From the NCBI GenBank assembly GCA_964016885.1, contig OZ024740.1, forward strand, positions 71,424,001-71,488,000: DNA of 64,000 nucleotides, read 5' to 3'. The notes beneath the pieces are model-generated. The model worked only from the letters and a program-made list of their open reading frames with translations. It was not told the DNA's origin and searched no databases. Shown here piece by piece: positions 1-12,121 of the stretch; the stretch's first letter is position 1, and each line of letters starts with the position of its first letter. Origin of the DNA: Eledone cirrhosa (taxonomy: Eukaryota). Position numbers and translations under genes: made by a program.

Positions 1-371
1 CTTTTAATGAGAGTATGGGCGTAAGGATGCTTTCACATTTATGCTCTTGTTACTTTCGTAGTCTACTGACTAAATTTGAGTGTTTATATACGTGCATAGC
101 TAAATATGTGAGGAAGTGCACTTTAGGCTTATTCAAATATGTGTACGTGCAGGTCTGTTTTAGTCTTTGTACGTGTTTGTGTTAGTATGTAGTGTTGTTT
201 AGCCCCAAATCTTACCATAAACATCCCAGCCGGAGCCATACTCTCTTTTTTTTTTAATCATGCATAGAAAACTCCGAACTACATTATTCTTTCCTTTTTT
301 TTAAAGATGGAAGGATGTGATTTGAGGAAGATTTGGTTGCTATTACCAGCAAACTGGATGATCGCATACGG

Positions 372-601
372 CAGGGATGGCGAGCCCCTTATCTGTGGGC
401 GAAATTTCGCCCGCATTCAAATTTGTCTCTCACCCTCCCCGGACGAAGTTTTTAAAACACCCAACAGTAAAGAATGGTAATCTAACATATGTTGCATACG
501 TATGAATTTGTAAAATTAAAAGATTCGCCCCCTCCCCCTTTTTTTCAGGTTCTTACACAGTTACAATTAGACCAAGGCTCTGAAAGGGTTGACGACCTCC
601 T
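372..601. mobile_element. Decayed hAT-like MITE
   Basis: Starts CAGGGATGGCGAGCCCCTT and ends AAGGGTTGACGACCTCCT, an imperfect inverted pair with a hAT-type CAGGG terminus; no ORF. Confidence 0.45.
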
Positions 602-2312
602 CTAGCGTAAGGGCTCCCTCATTGAGCGTTACGTAATCAATGTGCTTGATATTGGCTATGTGTATACGTGACTGACGAAATGTATGTGTCTATATTTGTG
701 CATGTGTACATAAGCGAGGTGTGTCTGTGAGTGGATATTTTGTATGGGTTGGCACAGTAATGTAATTTTTTTTTTTATCGTAGTGGTGGGTTAAGATGAG
801 CGTGTTGAGTGCGAGTATGAGCACGTGTGTCACACAGTTTTATGTCTGAGTGCCCATGAGCATATGGAAAACTACTTGCATAAATATCTGTTATCAAGAA
901 CTACATGTGCATGTAAACTAGACTTCATTATTCTAAGTCTCGTTAGGTTTCTCGCTCGTGTTTGTCTTACTTTCCGGCAACCAATTCTAACCTCTCTACA
1001 TGTAGCTATTTATGAGACCGCCCACACGTGTGTCGTTCTTGATTCTTGTAAATGATGTAAACAAATGGGTAGCGCAGCCGCTCAGAAACACTTTGTTTTT
1101 GTTATGATAATAAATAACAAATATACATGGGTACAGAAACAAAAACATTTATAACGAAAAGGATTCAATTGAAAACAAATCAAATATTGCGAGTGTGTTG
1201 GCTTGTCTAAAAAATGATTAGAAACTCCAGCGCCCCTTGTGGTGTATGATTGAGTGTGCGAGTTTTCTCTCTCTCTCTCTATATATATATAATTAACCTA
1301 TAAAAAATTTAAATTAGCTTCTCATAATAATTTCTAAATATTGGCACGTCAATAAATATGTAAGAAGTGGTACACATTTAAATGACCGTAGCTGACAACT
1401 AGCGATATTTAAATTCAAATATATGGATACAATAATGTATACTTATCTAGTTATCTACTAACAGAGGTCTAGTATTAGTTAAGATGGATTTCAAAAAATG
1501 TATATCAAGTCCGTAATAGTCCCATATGGATTGAATTTGAAATGAAATAGTGGTGATGATAATGATGTTGGTTTATATATAAATCGATAAAATGTTTTTC
1601 AAGACTTGTCTATGAACAAGCAAACAAACACTGCCAACAAACATATTTTATCATCCACATCTATAACATTATGAAATTATTAAAAAATTGTGAGAAGTTC
1701 ATAAATATTTTGCAAAAAGTGCTTTTATAAATAATAATCAGAAAAAGAAAAGGAAAATTGGAATGTATATTAAATTAACTATCATAAAGAAAAATTAGTT
1801 GTGTTCGGCGTGGAGAATTTGAATTCCATTCTATTTTGGTAGCGAAAACATTCTGTTTGTTTAGGATGAAAACAATAGTGAGCGAGAAAAACAGACAGAA
1901 CAAAAAGTATGGAAGTTTATAGGCGCAGAAAATGTGTTTTTACCTATATATCCCGTCCTTGACCGATATATAAATATGGTAAACAATCTTCACATCTGGT
2001 TGATACTCAGATAAATAATAAATAAAACTTATTTCATCAATCCATTTTTATTGGGGATTTTTTCTCCTTATTTATAAATACAAAATTTCAACATAACTCC
2101 TCAAAATAATTAATTCCTTTTGAATTTAGATCGTTGGGAGAGAGAATCAAGATGGGACAATATGTTTAATCTTAAATCGGCTAATTCACCTTGTTGGACT
2201 GTAGCAGGATTTTCTTTGGGGAGTTTCCTACAATATTGTCATTTTCGCCATTTATTAAATTGGTCTGAAAGGAAGGACTTCTTAAGCCCTCCTTCTTTGC
2301 TTGTAACTTGCT

Positions 2313-2527
2313 TTGGGCAGTATCAGTTGAGCGTCGGATAACATGCTTTGCAGCATAGAGATACGGCCCTTTACGTTGTGGGTTCAAATCCCGCCGAGGT
2401 TAACTTTGCCTTTCATCCTTACAGGGTCGATAAAATAAAGTACCAGTATTTGGTACCGGGATCGATTTAATCGACTTTCCCCTCCCCCAAAATTGTGCCT
2501 AAATCAGAAACCATTATTATTATTATT
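2313..2527 (+). mobile_element. tRNA-derived SINE (family A, Meta-like central domain)
   Basis: Degenerate A box, B box GGGTTCAAATCCC, core ACTTTGCCTTTCATCCTT..GGGTCGATAAAATAAAGTACCAG and (ATT)n tail; many copies in the window. Confidence 0.85.
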
Positions 2528-3842
2528 AAATTGGTCTGAAAAGAGAAAATTCGAAAGCCCTCTCTCGTTTGCTTGTGGGATGTTTTTATTTATTTATTAG
2601 ATTGGTCTGGAAGAAGGGACTTCGTAAACCCTCCGAGGCCAGTGAGATCGCCGCGGTTAACATCCCCCTTGAACAGTTTACGTTGACGGTTGAATGAAAA
2701 ACGTACCGGAAGGGAATTCCAGACGTTAGACAATCTAAGAAGGACTAAACCCTGATAGTCAATGAAAATTAATAATTTAATAGTCTAGATGTTTTAAATT
2801 ATTTTAGTAATAACTTATTACCAAAATTCAGGTATGTAATGATCAAAATTAGTTATTATTTTCTATTGTACTTTTTTACTCACTCCAGATGTTGTCCCCC
2901 CCCCCCCTCCGTTGTGGGTGAGGGTTATAATCTATTGAACCCATACTCATGCCTGTTTTGCACTTACCTTATTGAAATACGATAATGTCTTGCACATGGG
3001 ATATAGTGAGCTGAAACACTTCGATTAACTGAACATATCCATGCAATTAGTAGACAAAACTCCCTCTATGTGTTTTTGAAACCTAAATACAAAGGAAATA
3101 ACTCCAATAAGATCAATTAATTGAAATTTTTGGTAACCATAGAAAATGCAGTAATATTTTAGTACACCTCTAAAGTATTTTTCCTCAGCCATACTATTGA
3201 AATGTAGCTATGAGTAAGAACTGCTAGAAGGGACTCCCTAGTACTGCTAGCATGATTGTTGATATACGACAACCTTTCTAGTGCTGGTACTATGATAAAA
3301 TACATCCAGAATTCTCTAAAGATATTGGTGATAGAAAGAGCATACAGCCATAGAAACAATAACATACATACAAGAAAAAATGTCGTGGATTCCACGAGCC
3401 ATATTGCAAGCAACCTGTTTAGGAGGGTAGTAATTTTGAATAAGAACTGATGCATGGTAGAGAGGACTTTCTAGTCTGTCTGCATGGGACAACCCCTCTA
3501 CTGCCATGTGCACAATACAATGCATGCAAAGTACAATGTAAAACGTGCATAACACCAAAGCTCTCCCTACTGCCACGTTCACTATAAAATGAACATACAG
3601 TGTAAGAAGCAAATAAAAAGGTTGGTATTAGGGAAGGTATCTAATTGTAAAGATGTACATTACTTCAAAAGATCCCGTCTAACATAGACCAGCTTGAAAA
3701 AAATGGAATTAAACGAAAATGATGTATTAGCTATATGAGAGCCTATTGTAGTTTTATTTAGTACACAGAACATTCCCCCCAAGGAATGTTTACTCGACCA
3801 GGCGATTGACTTACTTTATTGGCCCCAATAAATCAATTAACA

Positions 3843-4000
3843 CAGATGTGGCTGTGTAGTTTAGAAGTTTGGTGCATGGTAATGTAGTTTTAATCCTATT
3901 GTATAACACATTGAATAAGAATCATTTACCGAGCTTTGGATTAACTGTCAACCGAAGCCTAGTAAGTGAAAATTTGGTAAACTGAGTGGAAGTTCGCCAG
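3843..4000 (+). mobile_element. Decayed tRNA/CORE-like SINE (family B)
   Basis: GTGGCTGTGTAGTTTAGAAG head and following sequence resemble the better copy at 58445-58820. Confidence 0.5.
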
Positions 4001-4184
4001 AGGGGATGTTCCTGTCTTTAGATGATAGATTTAATCTATTACTGGATTAACACAAATACCTAGTCAGTGGTTGCTTTTGGTGGAGTCCACTCTCTTGCAA
4101 TCATTGAGACTAAGTCTCTGGTCTAAAGATAACTTTCTCCCACTAATCTCACTATCAATCCTCCTCTTACTAAACCATGGAAAT

Positions 4185-5668
4185 GGCGATACATCATAAA
4201 GAGGGTGGCTAAGGAACTTGGCACGAGTGGGGGGCCTATTCAGCTTAGATCCATCTAACGCTTTCGATAAGGTCGACCATCAATATCTGGCAGCAGTCCT
4301 CAAGACAGCTGGCTGTGGGCCCGTTTTCAGAGGAAGGATCGCTGCAATGTACAGCGATATCTGCTCTGTGGTCTGAGTGAACGGTCACCTCTCTGAACTG
4401 TTCAACATCATGCGCTCGGTTCACCAAGGTTGTCCTCTTTCGTCCCTGTTGTATGTACTGATCCTCGTGCCACTACTGCACAAATTGGAGTCGTTGAGGG
4501 GGTATCCCATGCGAACTAGAATGTGTGAGATCCGTCATCTACTACTGTCTGACCGTCGTGTCTTGTTCTGGTTCCCATCTGACTGCACTGGAGCGTTTGC
4601 TCTTTCAACCTTTGTGGAAGGGATGTGCTTCACTCGTCAGGCAGTCATTTGCTACCAACCCCGGGTTGGTGAAGTGCTAAAGCTACATTTCCTGCTTTTC
4701 CTTGACAGTAAATAGACATGGTCATCATTTGCTAAACACGTTTACCCAGCTTGTCTCCTGCAGTCATGGATCAAACGACAGCCACGAGGGAGCATTTGGA
4801 AACTGGAATGCCTTCAAGGGCTCACAGGCCTCTACAAACCGGGCATAGCGATTGGTTGAAACTCCACCTTGGTGTTCAATAGAGGGTCAGTGGTGAGTGA
4901 AAGCGATGACATTCTGGGCGTTGACGAAAATCAATTAGCCACACTTCCCGGATGTCTTTCGGCCCAGGGTCCATGGATAACCTAAAAAAATCTCTGGTCT
5001 GGCAGTGCTACCGGGGAGCATTGCCAGTTCCAGATAAACTCTACATGCATGGAAGTGCCGTCAGTCGGGCCTGTCAGAGATACGCGCAGGGTGACGAAAC
5101 CGTCTGCACACACTCTTGTGGGTTTATGTCGAACACCTGCTGTCACATGATCCACGTATCAACTGAATATATCGTGAAGATTACCCCGCCATCTTCCTTC
5201 AGCCGGGAAGAACAGGCAGATTTTAACTTATTGGTGGTCATGGCGAAAGAGGTCGTGTGGTTGACGCGTTTGAAAGGGTTGTAGACAAGCATTTTCCTCT
5301 TCGGCAAAGCCCTAATTAACTTTCTCAGATTTTGTTTGAAGAGGAAAATCAGAAGATGGCTTATGGAGGCAAGCATGGCTCGAGTGAATGGGCCTGCTCT
5401 GAGTATACGTGAGGACAACTGGAAGGGAGCACTTCCCCCAGTAGTTAGGGTGACCATAGCTTTTGTGGGCCTTCTCCACAGTGGCCATCGGAGATTTCCT
5501 CCCTAATGGAGGATTTGTTTCGTTTGATTTTTTAAATGTCTTTTTTATTTTTAGTTTTTGTTAACTTTTTTTACACACAAAAACCCATGCTATATCGGCC
5601 TGTGCCGTCTTTATTGTTTAATTAATGCCAGCCATATGTGGCTAATAAAGAAATCAGAATTATTATTG
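4185..5668 (+). pseudogene. Old, internally deleted Tx1-clade LINE copy (RT to 3' end)
   Basis: Fragments NGHLSELFNIMRSVHQGCPLSSLLYVL and WQCYRGALPVPDKLY match ORF2 at 6490-9899; 3' end TGTGGCTAATAAAGAAATCAGAATTATTATT matches the young copy's tail. Confidence 0.9.
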
Positions 5669-5679
5669 TAGCAACAACA

Positions 5680-5762
5680 ACAATGATAATGGTTTCTGAT
5701 TTAGTCACAAAGCCAACACATTTTCTGGGACAAGAAAGTCAATTAAATCGACCCCAGTGCTG
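5680..5762 (-). mobile_element. SINE family A 3' fragment
   Basis: Reverse complement of the CACTGGGGTCGATTTAATTGACTTT...TGTGACTAAATCAGAAACCATTAT tail. Confidence 0.7.
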
Positions 5763-5789
5763 GCTTGCTTCAAAAATCATTAAATAGAC

Positions 5790-6202
5790 TTCCCAGTGCT
5801 TTTGTTATCTTTTACTATGGTAGCGGCTCGAATGATGACGTTTGTGCTCTCCGTCACCCCAAAGCAGCGGTGGAACAGGTGCTTTGGTGAAGAGCTTCTT
5901 GAAATTAGAAATCACCTGCTGATCCGTGGGCTTCAGGACAGGGTTGTTGTTGGGTGGAAGGTAGAGAACCTTTACAAACTTGAACTCTTCGAGGATGTCA
6001 TCTTCGAGATTAGGTGGGTGATCAGGGTTTGCAGGGGTAAGTTTTCCTGGAGATATTTCTTAACGTCAGGACCAAAGACCAAATTCACCCACTCCACAAA
6101 GAACTGCTTGGTGACCCACGCCCTCGGGTTTGCTCTCCACATAACCTGCAGTTTTTCTTTCAGAATCTTATGTGACTTAAAGGCTCTGGGGTTTTCCGAA
6201 TC

Positions 6203-6203
<1 letters not shown>
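5790..6203 (-). mobile_element. Tigger/pogo transposase, DDE-domain half (continues 17231-18145)
   Basis: Translates to SENPRAFKSHKILKEKLQVMWRANPRAWVTKQFFVEW...LPPNNNPVLKPTDQQVISNFKKLF, typical Tigger DDE_1 motifs. Confidence 0.85.

Positions 6204-6205
<2 letters not shown>

Positions 6206-6245
<40 letters not shown>
6206..6245. repeat. (AAT)n microsatellite at Tx1 3' junction
   Basis: Direct read. Confidence 0.95.
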
Positions 6246-6246
<1 letters not shown>

Positions 6247-6489
6247 TTTTCTTTATTAACCACAAGGGTTTACATAAAGTAGACATTAAGGACAGTACAG
6301 AACAATACAGGACGGTACAAATGGGCATTTCTGCGTGTAAAAAAAACAGAGGTTGAAATAAAATAACAAAGAAAAATTCCCCAATAGGGGGGAGACTTCC
6401 GAGGGACATTTGTGGAGAAAGCCCATTAAAAGACCACAGTGGCCCTGACCACCAGGGCAAGTGCCCTCTCCCAGTTTTCCACCTTTAAT

Positions 6490-9400
6490 TTACAGACACA
6501 TACACATATTCATTCGGGCCATACTTGCTTCTCTCACCCATCTTTCAACAAAATGCTGGGAAGAGAGCACTTCCTTCTCTACCCTGATTTTCCTTTTCAG
6601 ATGAAATTTGAAAAAGTTAATCAGGGCATCACCGAAGAGGTAAGTGCTCGTCTTCAGCCCTTTCAAACGTGTCCACCATACTATCTCTTTCACCATGGCC
6701 ACCAGACAGATAAAAACTGCCTGCCCTTCCCGGCTAAAGGTAGAGGGCGGGGCAATCCTCACGATGGACTCAGCTGATAGCTGGATCCGTCCTACACGTG
6801 ACAGCAGGTGTTCGACATAAACCCACAAGTCAGCAATGCTCGGACACTGGACGAGTGCGTGCAGGACGGTTTCGTCGCCCTGTGCGCATCTCGGACATGC
6901 CCGGCTGACGGCACCTCCATGCCTGTAAAGTTTATCCCGAACTGGCAAAGCACCCCGGTAGCACTGCCAGGCCAGGGATTTCTGGAAGTTGTCCATAGGC
7001 CCCGGCCCGAAAGTCCTTCCGAAGAGATTGGCTAGTTGATTTTCGTCGACGCCTAGAGTTTCTCCAAGTACGTCGTCGCTCTTCCCCTCCACTAATCCCC
7101 TATAGAACGCCAAGGTGGAGTTTCCACCGATCACATTGCCCGATTGGTCGAGGGCTGTGAGCGCCTGAAGACATTCCAGTCTCCAAGCGCCCCCTCTCGG
7201 TCTTCGCTTGACCCAGGACTGCAGCTCCGTCAAGGAGACGAGCTGGGGAAAAACGCGTCTAGCAAACGGCGACCACACCTGATCACCGTCGAGGAAGAGG
7301 TGGAGATGTCGTAGCCTGAGCGCGTGTCTGCGCATCATCAGCCACGGCATGCCCAGCCCTCCACGTAGCGGGTGTTGACAGCAGATGGACCGCCTGACCA
7401 TCGGAGCGCGTCCCTTCCACAAGAAGCGAAAGAGCAAACGCTCCAGCGCAGTCAGGCGGGGCTTAGGACAAGGTACGACGGTCAGGCGGTAGTAGATGAC
7501 GGACGCGATGTACGCGTTAGCCACCTCCGCTCGACCTTTCGGGGATAGCTTCCTCTCGGCCCATTTCTGGGTGAGAGAAGCCACCCTGCTCGTCATCTCG
7601 TCCCAGTTTTTGTCCGTCTGGAGGTCTGGACCGAACCAGACCCCTAGCAATTTAACCGGTCCGTCCGTCCAGCGCCCGACGACGCTGTTGGACGGCATGG
7701 ACCTGCCTCTCCAGGTGCCGAGCTGCAGGCCCACTGACTTTTCCTGGTTGATCATTGCTCCTGTCACCGCTTCGTATTCTCTTAGTGTAGTGCCGATCGC
7801 CTCGATGTGTTTGGCGTTCGACACCACTACGGTGACATCGTCGGCATATGCTGACACGGATCTTCCGCATCCTAGTTCGCGCGGGACCCCCCTCAACGTC
7901 TCCAGTTTGTGCAGTAATGGCTCGAGAGTCAATACGTATAATAGGGACGAGAGGGGACATCCTTGGCGGACCGAGCGCATGATGTTGAACGGTTCCGAAA
8001 GGTGACCGTTCACTCTCACTACAGAGCAGATGTCGCTGTGCATGGCAGCGATCCAGCCTCTGAAGACGGGCCCAAAGCCAGCCGCCCTCAGGACTGCCGC
8101 TAGGTAACGATGGTCGACCCTATCGAAGGCTTTCGACTGATCTAAATTGATCAAAGACCCACCCGTGCCAGGTTCCCTAGCTACCCTCTCTACGATGTAT
8201 CGCATGAGGTGGAGGTTGTCGTGAATAGATCTGTCGGGAATGGCGCATGTCTGTGCCTCTCCCACCAGACCACCAACGACAAGCGCCAACCTCTTTGCTA
8301 GCACCTTGGCCAAAATCTTGAACTCTGTGTTTAGCAGAGTTATGGGCCTAAAATTATCTATGTTATGCCCCTTTTTCGGATCCTTTCTCAGCAGCGCCAC
8401 CGCTCCTCGGCTCACAGAGCTGGGAATTCTCCCGTTCTGTTGCCAGTTGCAGTAGACGTCCGCCAAGAGGCCTCCGAACAAGTTTGGCATTTGTACGTAA
8501 AGTTCATAGGGCAGACCATCTAAACCAGGCGATTTACTCCTTGTGCAACTAGTCATTGCATCCCGTACTTCAGCGGTTGTTATCGGCTTTTCGCAACACT
8601 CCGCCTCAGTGGCCGAAAGCCGCGGCAGTCCGTCGAGGTAGACACTAAAGTCTATCCCTCGATCCGGCCCGCCACTGCCCCCGAACAGTTGAGCGAAGTG
8701 TCGCTGAAAAGCTTCACACATTTGCCCGGGATCGAGTAGCATGCGCCCGTCGTGGTCCACCAAAGACCGGATCGTGGCTTTGTTGCCACGACGCGCCTCC
8801 GTCACTCGGGGCCATTGAACGGCTTTCGTCCCCTCGTGTCTGAGAGCACGCACCCTAGCTCTGACAACGCAGCCTTCGTGCTTTGCATTGAAGAATTGGT
8901 CAAGGGCCAATTTCGCCGCAAGTACGTCGGTCGCGATGCCTTTGCTAAGCGCCTCATCTAATTTTCTAACTAATTCTCCCTCTGCTCTATTTTTCTCTAT
9001 TGCTAAAGTCTTACTAAACCTAATGGACTCTATTCTAATTGCTCTTTTCAGAGCAAACCACCACTTATTGTTGACGATGGCCCCCGTCAACGCCCGCTTA
9101 ACTAGTTCGCTAATCCGGTCTCTGTAGGCCTTGCGCGCTGGTAAGGACGCGTTTAGCTTCCAGTAGCCGGGTCCTCGTCTATGAAGCCTATCTAAGTCAA
9201 GCACACAGATCACGAATTTGTGGTCCGTGTAGCTGACTATCTTGAATTGTGGACAGCCTATGCTAGACCTATCTATTTCCCTACAAAATACTCTATCTAG
9301 ATATGATCTGGATGACCCTATGCGATTTGTCCAAGTCCACATTGGTACATTCGGGAAATCCATTCGGTACCTGTCAGACAGTTCAAAACGTCTGAGCAGG

Positions 9401-9899
9401 TTGGTGAGACTCTTGCACCCTCCTTCCCTATCCACTAATCCCACACAATCCCAGCGTGCATCTAAGATCCCGTTCCAGTCGCCCACTAACACTAAAGAGC
9501 GGGACGTTCCAAGAAAGGTCTCCAGACGCCGGAAGAAATCAGGCCGCCCTGCTCCTGTCGGGGCATAGACGGCCACTAACCTGAAAGCTTGGCCGTCTCC
9601 GCTGGTCACGTCCAGCACCACCAACTTACCTTCTGGGTCCAGGAAGATGGCCCGTATGGCAAGATCCAAACCTCTCCGAAAAAGCACAGCAACTCCTCCC
9701 CCCGATCCCGGACGGCTGGGAGATGCGTACACATCGTAGCCGCCGAAGATCGGTGCGAAAGCCTGTGCTTCGGAGATTCTGGTCTCGCTGATGGCCACTA
9801 CATCTATGTTTAGTGACCTGAGGTCGTTGAGCAGGTGGCCCTGCTTCCATGACACCCCAAGCCACGCGCATTTATTCTGCCTATTCTGAGTGAGGTCAT
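6490..9899 (-). CDS. Tx1 ORF2: APE endonuclease + reverse transcriptase + C-terminal zf-RVT
   Basis: Motifs ISET, LVGDWN, SYLDR, TDH, GYWKLN, KSPGLDG, FRPITLLN, KAFDRV, QGCPLS, YADD and CPRC..ETVLHALVQC. The likely start is the ATG at 9899 (MTSLRIGRINARGL), with a 1-nt frameshift in a G4 run near 9856. Confidence 0.92.
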
Positions 9900-9933
9900 G
9901 TTGAAAAGGAGTGGAAAAGATGGGAAAGACCAC

Positions 9934-11892
9934 TTACCTTACTTCTCGTAGAGGAAGGACGGTTTTTCCATCCTTTTCACAGCTTGTGGCCTCCTCAGGA
10001 AGGATGTCCTTATAAATCCTCCTGGAGAGTGCTTGTCGGAAGTCTCCGATGTCTTTGGGGAATTTTTGTTTTAGTGTCATGTACGTTTTCTGTGTGATGC
10101 GAGTGATTTGTATGTGTGGAGGTGGTGTGAATTTTGGGGTTGTTGTGTAGTCTTTTTCTGTGATGCTGGTGTTGTGTTGGATGTAGTGTAATAATTGCTT
10201 GTTGTTCAAATTTAATGCTGTGTAGTGTGTATCGTTTTGGTTGTTTTGTTTTGTTTGCGTTTGTTGTGGGTTTGTTTCTGTTTCGCATTTTGGTGACTTT
10301 TGTGGTGTAGGTGATGGTGGTGTTGGGGTTAATGATGGTGATGGTGTTGGTGTTTGGGTTGATGGGGTTGGTGATGCTGGTGTGGATGGTGGCATATCTG
10401 TCCTAACTTTTTTGTTTCTTAATTTATTTGTTTCCCTCTGTATTTTGTTTTTGGAGGGGGAAGGAAGAGAATTTTTTCTTTTTTGGTTTCTTTTTTTTTT
10501 CCGGATATCGTTTCCCACTCCTCGTCGTCACAATCTGTCTCCAGTTGTGATAGGCCGGGGAGTGGAAAATCCTCCACAGCCGTTAGTTTTGGTTGTGGCG
10601 TGGTGGATGGTGTAGGCGCTGGTGCTAGTTCTGAAGCGTTGGGTGGTGGTGGTGTTGGTTTTGCTGGTGGTGGTGGTGGTGTTGGTTTTGCTACTGTTGC
10701 TGGGGTTGTTGCTGTTATAGTTGCTTCTGTTGTTGCTGCTACAGTTGTTGCTGCCATCTCTGCTACTGGTGGTGTTGATGGTTGTGTCACTGGGGTGGGT
10801 AGGAGAGGTGGCCTCAACCTTTTAGACTGAGGGCAGAAAGCCCTTAGGTGGGTTCCTTCACCACAAACGACACACCTAGGTCTTCTGCCCTCGACAATTA
10901 CCGTGAGGTGGCTGCCGTCAGTGAGGTCTATTACCTCTGGGATCTCCTCAATGCTTTTTTGGTCCGCTTGGATCAGGAGCTCCATCCCAGATCCGGACCA
11001 GTTCTCCTGCTTTTCTTTTGCTGTTGCTATTATTTTCGTGTTGGCTTCGATGCCGGCGAGGACAGCCGCTATTAGCCAGGGAATTTCGATGGCCGGTGGA
11101 ACGTGGGTCACCCTGATCTTTACGAGTCTCTGGCCACAATAGCTTGGGACGAGTGTGAAGTCGTCACTTCTTAATGGGGCCATGGAGTGTTCTCTAGCCT
11201 CCTCTGGTGTTTCAAAGAACACGTCCACGGTTCCATACTTTTTCCCACGTCTGATGTGGGTTTTTCTTGCCCACACATGTCCCAAAGCTTTTTGGATTTG
11301 GGACTCGGATGCCCGTTCCACTCGGCGCGATTTTACATTTATTGTTCTATACGACACGGTGCATAGGCGCCGATGCTCCATTTTATTAGGTGTGGGGGGG
11401 GGCTGACCCTGTACCCATCTTTCTTTACTATTTGTTTGGCATTTTCTAAATCCTCCTGAGTTACCGTATATGCTTCGAACTGTTTTGCTACTATTGCAAA
11501 ACTGAGGGGCGTTTTTATAATGTCATTGTTGTTGTTGTTGCTATCGTTATTTGTGTTAATATTAATTTTAGTTTCAGTTGTGGTGGTGGTGACGTCAGTC
11601 GTCTTTGGTGGGGAAGAGTTAATTTATTTTTTTCTTCTTTTGTTTCTGTTGTCGCGGTGGTGGTGGTGGTGGTAGTTGTCGCGGTGGTGGTGGTGGTGGA
11701 GGCTTTAACACCTGCAGTCATTGGTAATGGCGGGAAATGAATGTCTGCCTGAGACAAATTTAAAATATTGCTAGTGCTTATATTTTTTTTTGTGTTGGCA
11801 AACGTAGTAACATTTACAATGGTGGTGTCGGTGTGAGGTGTTAATTTGTGAGGAAGGCTTTCAGCTGCTTCGTGCAGAGGTGAATTAGCCAT
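9934..11892 (-). CDS. Tx1 ORF1 (RRM-like region, CCHC knuckle, Pro/Thr-rich), broken into pieces by homopolymer frameshifts
   Basis: Track ORFs 11515-11901, 10419-11381 and 9934-10518; CVVCGEGTHLRAFC is CX2CX4HX4C; frame breaks fall at A/G/T runs near 11622, 11394-11402 and 10491-10500. Confidence 0.75.
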
Positions 11893-12100
11893 TTTTTTCA
11901 AAGAAATTTTTTTGATAATAATAAAAGTTTAAATTTTGGGCACAAGGCCCCAATCTTTTTGGGTGTCCTTTTCGGAAAACAATGTATGTGCGCTTATAAA
12001 CAGTTAACAATAACATTTTCCATAAATGACAATTTTTAACAAACGGAAATAACAAACCTTTGCGGAGCTCACGATGATACGATTTACTACGTAGGTCGCC

Positions 12101-12121
12101 AATAATAATAATAATAATAAT
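12101..12121. repeat. (AAT)n spacer between Tx1 5' end and R4 5' end
   Basis: Direct read. Confidence 0.95.

Larger units (their letters stand above)
6246..12100 (-). mobile_element. Full-length Tx1/L1-group non-LTR retrotransposon bounded by (AAT)n
   Basis: 5' end GGCGACCTACG next to (AAT)n at 12101; ORF1 with a CCHC knuckle; ORF2 APE-RT-zinc finger; 3' UTR ending AATAAAGAAAAC(ATT)n. Confidence 0.92.

Noticed and set aside
1227-1242. CTCF-like CCACAAGGGGCGC (minus strand)
   Set aside because: One base short of the consensus spacing, and isolated.
3159-3612. Overlapping hydrophobic 98-aa ORFs
   Set aside because: No recognisable motif; the region contains degenerate repeated units also seen near 47290.
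5796-6460. 186-aa and 162-aa ORFs as genes
   Set aside because: Chimeras of Tx1 3' UTR, AAT repeat and Tigger sequence.
9900-9933. GTG start of ORF2 directly after the ORF1 stop (termination-reinitiation)
   Set aside because: The conserved NARGL motif lies in another frame starting at the ATG at 9899; a homopolymer slip explains the arrangement better.
6439-11406. Plus-strand ORFs within the Tx1
   Set aside because: Antisense shadows of GC-rich coding sequence.
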